From NCBI GenBank assembly GCA_019058295.1, contig JAHPZI010000030.1, forward strand, positions 96,001-160,000: a stretch of 64,000 nt of DNA, written 5' to 3'. Under the pieces are notes generated by a model. That model was not told the DNA's origin. It saw nothing but the letters and a program-made list of their open reading frames with translations, and searched no databases. The stretch comes from Promethearchaeota archaeon. Its GTDB lineage: Archaea; Asgardarchaeota; Lokiarchaeia; Sigyniarchaeales; SOKP01. Below are positions 60,111 through 64,000 of this stretch, piece after piece. Each line of letters starts with the position of its first letter. Position 1 is the stretch's first letter. Position numbers and translations under genes: made by a program.

Positions 60111-60442
60111 AATTTTTGTACTATATTATCTCCGCAAAAATTGCAGATTTTAGCTTCATCTCTATATTCTATTTCAGTTCCACAATTATAACAAAATTTT
60201 ACTTTTTCATTAGTTATTAATTTTGGTGTCACGTTTTCTAGTTGTGGGGGTTGACAGAGTGTACGACAAAATTCACAATATTTTGGCTTTTGGTCGATAT
60301 AGTATAAAATATATATGACTAATCCTATCCCTGTAAAAGCCAAAATGAATGCTAACAAAAAGCTAAAACTTCCTTTTTCTTTAACTACGTTTTTTTTACA
60401 ATTGGGACAATATCCTAATGATTCCAAATTTACTACCTCCAA
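60107..60442 (-). CDS. LITAF-like zinc-ribbon membrane protein
   Basis: CPNC, hydrophobic hairpin, CEFC, plus a second zinc ribbon. Confidence 0.7.
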   Translation of the reverse strand: MEVVNLESLGYCPNCKKNVVKEKGSFSFLLAFILAFTGIGLVIYILYYIDQKPKYCEFCRTLCQPPQLENVTPKLITNEKVKFCYNCGTEIEYRDEAKICNFCGDNIVQKF

Positions 60443-60585
60443 TTTTGAATTTTTAGTAATTAAATAAAAGGTAATATAGTTAATATTAAAATGATCTCGA
60501 GTCCAATTTTTACCATAAAATAGAACCGATTTAGAATAATATTTAAAAATATATGATCAAAATTGGTGTATAATAGAAAAAAAAT

Positions 60586-60945
60586 TCAATCTATTTCACT
60601 ACCGCAATGAGGACAAAAATTTTGGGTATGTTTATCTAATTTACCTCCACACAAATGACAATATTTAACTATATCAGATTCAATTGTTTTAACTTGAGCT
60701 TGTTGTTGATTTGGCAACTGGCTAATAGTCTGAGAATATTGGTTTGGTAATGCTGTAACTTGTGTACCGCAATGAACGCATCTGTTTTCGGATTTTGAAT
60801 AATATATAATTAAATAAATGAAAAAACCAATTCCGAATGTACAACAGATCAAAATAATGGCTAACTTTGGATTAATTGGCTCTCTATGTAGTAAAACGTT
60901 CTGCTGACAGTGCGGACAATAACCCATTGGAGTAGTGCTTGTCAA
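60586..60945 (-). CDS. LITAF-like zinc-ribbon membrane protein (paralog)
   Basis: CPHC, hydrophobic hairpin, CVHC, plus a second zinc ribbon. Confidence 0.7.
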   Translation of the reverse strand: MTSTTPMGYCPHCQQNVLLHREPINPKLAIILICCTFGIGFFIYLIIYYSKSENRCVHCGTQVTALPNQYSQTISQLPNQQQAQVKTIESDIVKYCHLCGGKLDKHTQNFCPHCGSEID

Positions 60946-61051
60946 AATATAATCTTCTTTTATTTTTTACTTTTTCAAAATGAATTAAATTCTAAGATAT
61001 TCAAAAATAATACTCTCTTATAATTTTTATACTTTTAAATATTTGATTTAA

Positions 61052-61663
61052 ATGAAAAAAATGAATTTAACTCAAAAATCTGTATTTATAGTCTTGGAAG
61101 GATTGGATGGTAGCGGTACAACCACTCATAGCCACCTACTTGAGGGTTTTTTAAAGAATGAAAAACTTAAAGTTCATTTAACTCAAGAACCTTCTAAAAA
61201 CGAAATTGGAGTCTTATTAAGAAAATTCTTGAAGGATAATAGTATTCCACCAACTACAGATGCTCTTTTATTTGCTGCAGATAGAAATCTCCATTATCAT
61301 AATGAAATTAAGAAAAAACTTGATGAAGGATATATAGTCATATCAGATCGTTATCTTGAATCTTCCATAATATATCAGTCATTACAATCTGATGAAATAT
61401 CTATTGATTGGGTAGAAGAACTTAATAAGTTTGTAGGTCAACCAGATTTAACTATTTTATTAGATATCGATCCAAAAGTAGCGATGGCTCGAAAGTCTGG
61501 AGCTTTAGAAAAATTTGAAGAAACCCCTTTTTTAGATAAAGTAAGGGATCTTTATCTAACTAGAGCTAAAAAATTAAAATATTACGTAATTAATTCTGAC
61601 GATATTATTGAATTTGTACAGGAAAAAATTCAAAAAATCGTTATAAATAAATTAAAAGCATAA
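61052..61663 (+). CDS. tmk: Thymidylate kinase
   Basis: EGLDGSG.TT, EP, LLFAADR, SDRY..SS..YQ, PDL. Confidence 0.95.
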   Translation: MKKMNLTQKSVFIVLEGLDGSGTTTHSHLLEGFLKNEKLKVHLTQEPSKNEIGVLLRKFLKDNSIPPTTDALLFAADRNLHYHNEIKKKLDEGYIVISDRYLESSIIYQSLQSDEISIDWVEELNKFVGQPDLTILLDIDPKVAMARKSGALEKFEETPFLDKVRDLYLTRAKKLKYYVINSDDIIEFVQEKIQKIVINKLKA

Positions 61664-61735
61664 GAAATTAATCCTTTGTTTTATTTCTAGTTTTAAGATT
61701 AAACTTTAATAATCCTAATTGAAATAAGATAAATT

Positions 61736-63019
61736 GTGAATACAAAAGCCCCTCTTAATAATCATTGGTATAGTAAAGATAGGATTTATAAAAATGTTCA
61801 AAAATTTAGTTTTCCTCGACTTGCAGGAACAGATGGTGAGAAAGAAGCAGTAAAGTTAACTATTAATACATTTAAAGAAATAGGATATACTGAGAATGAG
61901 ATTAAAAAAGAAAAATTTGAATTTTCCGATTTCTATTCTACGACGCTTGTTAAATTTATAGGGATAATTAGTTTAAACGCTCTTTTGGTTTTTGTTTTAG
62001 CCATATACCTTAACATCCTCTTTACATTTTTTATAATAGGATTGATGACATTAATAGTTTTTTTAATTATAAGAGGATTAAAACATCCCGAAGAAAAAGG
62101 ATTTTGGGGAGAATATTTCGGTAATACTATTCAAGCTACAAATGTTTTTGTGAAATTACCAGCGAAATCTCTGCCAATTGAAAAAGCAGGTAATATTATA
62201 ATATCTGCTCATCTTGATTCCAAATCTCAAACTTTTAAAACTGCCTGGAGAATTATTTCCTATAGAATATGGTTATTTTGCGGAATTATTCTTGGAGGGT
62301 TTTATATTGCTTCCCTGCTTTGTTATTACTGCATTTTAGAGCTTAATTATTTAATTTTACAAATTGGTATTTGGATATTAACGGGGTTAATTTCGTTCTC
62401 AAATCTATTATTGATATTTCTCAATACTCAAAATAAATCCCCTGGTGCTTTAGATAACGCCTCTGGAATGTCTATTGTATTTGAATTAAGTAGATTTTTT
62501 AAAGATAATATCTTAGAAAATTTTAATATATGGTTCTGCCAATTTTCTGCAGAAGAATTAGGAACGATGGGCTCAAGATTTTTTGTAAATAATCACGAAG
62601 ACCAATTTGTTAAAGGTAAGATATTTCAATTAAATTTTGATATGGTTTCAGCAGCAAAAAGCAAAAGAGGAAATAGAGTTGAATATTTAAAATCTTACGG
62701 ATTTATCCCTCGGAAAAAAGTTGCTCCAATTCTTAGTAAATATTTGGAAAACGCAGCATCAGAGGAAAATGTTGAACTTCATGGTTTTCATATAACAACA
62801 GGAGCACATACCGATTCTGTTCCATTTCATTTAAGGGATTATAGTGCCATTGATATTACCACTAAATTGGCTGCATTATATACTCATAGTGCCATTGATA
62901 CAACAGACAAAGTAGATTCTCAAGTTTTAGTAGAAGCATGCATAATTGCTCGAAGAGTAATTTTAATGCTTGATGAAGATTATAAAATATTAAGTGAAGA
63001 ACACGAAATAGGTTGTTAA
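61736..63019 (+). CDS. M28 family metallopeptidase with TM insertions
   Basis: SAHLDS, PGALDNASG, AEELG..GS, NFDMV, TD..PF, HS..D. Confidence 0.9.
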   Translation: MNTKAPLNNHWYSKDRIYKNVQKFSFPRLAGTDGEKEAVKLTINTFKEIGYTENEIKKEKFEFSDFYSTTLVKFIGIISLNALLVFVLAIYLNILFTFFIIGLMTLIVFLIIRGLKHPEEKGFWGEYFGNTIQATNVFVKLPAKSLPIEKAGNIIISAHLDSKSQTFKTAWRIISYRIWLFCGIILGGFYIASLLCYYCILELNYLILQIGIWILTGLISFSNLLLIFLNTQNKSPGALDNASGMSIVFELSRFFKDNILENFNIWFCQFSAEELGTMGSRFFVNNHEDQFVKGKIFQLNFDMVSAAKSKRGNRVEYLKSYGFIPRKKVAPILSKYLENAASEENVELHGFHITTGAHTDSVPFHLRDYSAIDITTKLAALYTHSAIDTTDKVDSQVLVEACIIARRVILMLDEDYKILSEEHEIGC

Positions 63020-63024
63020 AAAGA

Positions 63025-64000
63025 ATGAGCAAGACAGTAGCAGAAAAAATATTATTAGAACATTCGGATTTAAAAGAAATATCGCCCGGACAGTTTATTG
63101 AATGTGATATTGATTTAATAATGGTTCACGAGCAATTAGGAGGAAGAATTCATAAAGAATATGAAAAACTTGGAATTGATTACGTTTGGGACCCAAATAA
63201 AATCTTTTTTATATTGGATCATTGGGTGCCAGCCCCTACGATATCTGCAGCTCAAATGCATCAAGATTGTAGAGCCTTTGCCAAAAAGTATAATTTTATA
63301 CATGATATGGGAATGGATAAAGGAATTTGCCACCAAGTGCTACCAGAAATGGGTTTTTCACGACCAGGAATGTTAATTGTTGGCTCCGATAGTCATACAA
63401 CTACTTATGGAGCGTTTAATTGTTTATCTACTGGTATCGGAGCTACTGATGTTTCAGTTGTTTTTGCTACTGGAAAATTATGGTTTAAAGTTCCCGAATC
63501 ATATAAAATAACTTTTGTAGAGGAACTAAATAAAGGAGTTATGTCAAAAGATATTATTCTAAAAATTATTGGTGATATTACAACAAAAGGAGCAATCTAT
63601 AAGTCATTAGAATTTCATGGTATAGAATCTCTTTCAATAGATGGACGCATGACAATCTCTAATATGGTTGTTGAAGCAGGGGCAAAATTTGGCGTCTTTT
63701 TATCTGATAATAAATTAGAAAATTGGATACAAAAGCGTAGTAAAGAAGAATATAATGTTATTCACCCTGATAAAGAAGCAATTTATGAAAAAACTCTCGA
63801 ATATAATTTATCAGAAATTACTCCTATGGTGGCTAAACCCTCCAGTCCAGGAAATGCAGCTGAAATAGAAAACGTGGAAGGTATTGAAATTGATCAAGCA
63901 TTTCTTGGAAGTTGTACAAATGGAAGAATTGAGGATTTAAGGATCGCAGCGAAAATTCTAAAAGGAAAATCGATAGATCCAAAAACTCGATTTATAATTA
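63025..64000 (+). CDS. leuC: 3-isopropylmalate dehydratase/homoaconitase large subunit (3'-partial), absent from ORF track
   Basis: MSKTVAEKIL, DH.VP, GICHQV.PE, GSDSHTTTYGA, GSCTNGRIEDLR. Confidence 0.88.
   Translation, partial: MSKTVAEKILLEHSDLKEISPGQFIECDIDLIMVHEQLGGRIHKEYEKLGIDYVWDPNKIFFILDHWVPAPTISAAQMHQDCRAFAKKYNFIHDMGMDKGICHQVLPEMGFSRPGMLIVGSDSHTTTYGAFNCLSTGIGATDVSVVFATGKLWFKVPESYKITFVEELNKGVMSKDIILKIIGDITTKGAIYKSLEFHGIESLSIDGRMTISNMVVEAGAKFGVFLSDNKLENWIQKRSKEEYNVIHPDKEAIYEKTLEYNLSEITPMVAKPSSPGNAAEIENVEGIEIDQAFLGSCTNGRIEDLRIAAKILKGKSIDPKTRFII

Noticed and set aside
63136-63376. Short ORFs 63136-63336 and 63161-63376
   Set aside because: They lie inside the leuC-like gene starting at 63025
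1-64000. Selenoprotein genes or SECIS elements
   Set aside because: No gene with an in-frame TGA at a Cys-equivalent site and no convincing SECIS found by eye; a computational search is still needed
1-64000. CRISPR array, rRNA, transposase or integrase
   Set aside because: No regularly spaced repeats or recognisable motifs seen

Overview
Low-GC archaeal chromosome segment whose gene content points to an Asgard archaeon (Lokiarchaeia-like): roadblock/LC7, Vps28, Yip1, zinc-ribbon membrane proteins, selenocysteine machinery (SelB, tRNA-Sec, SepSecS), archaeal ribosomal-protein genes, secY, EMC3/TMCO1, shikimate enzymes, glycoside hydrolases, and an AT-rich accessory/defence region at about 36.6-49.3 kb. 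The main result is a 30-nt intron with a canonical bulge-helix-bulge (BHB) motif inside the protein-coding gene for ribosomal protein uL11 (30695-30724, minus strand). It carries an in-frame TAA, and its removal restores a 165-aa uL11. The three tRNA genes carry six further BHB introns: tRNA-Sec (one, in the D-arm), tRNA-Ile(UAU) (three, with a 6-nt micro-exon) and tRNA-Ser(GGA) (two). All calls come from manual reading and motif recognition; no database searches were run.
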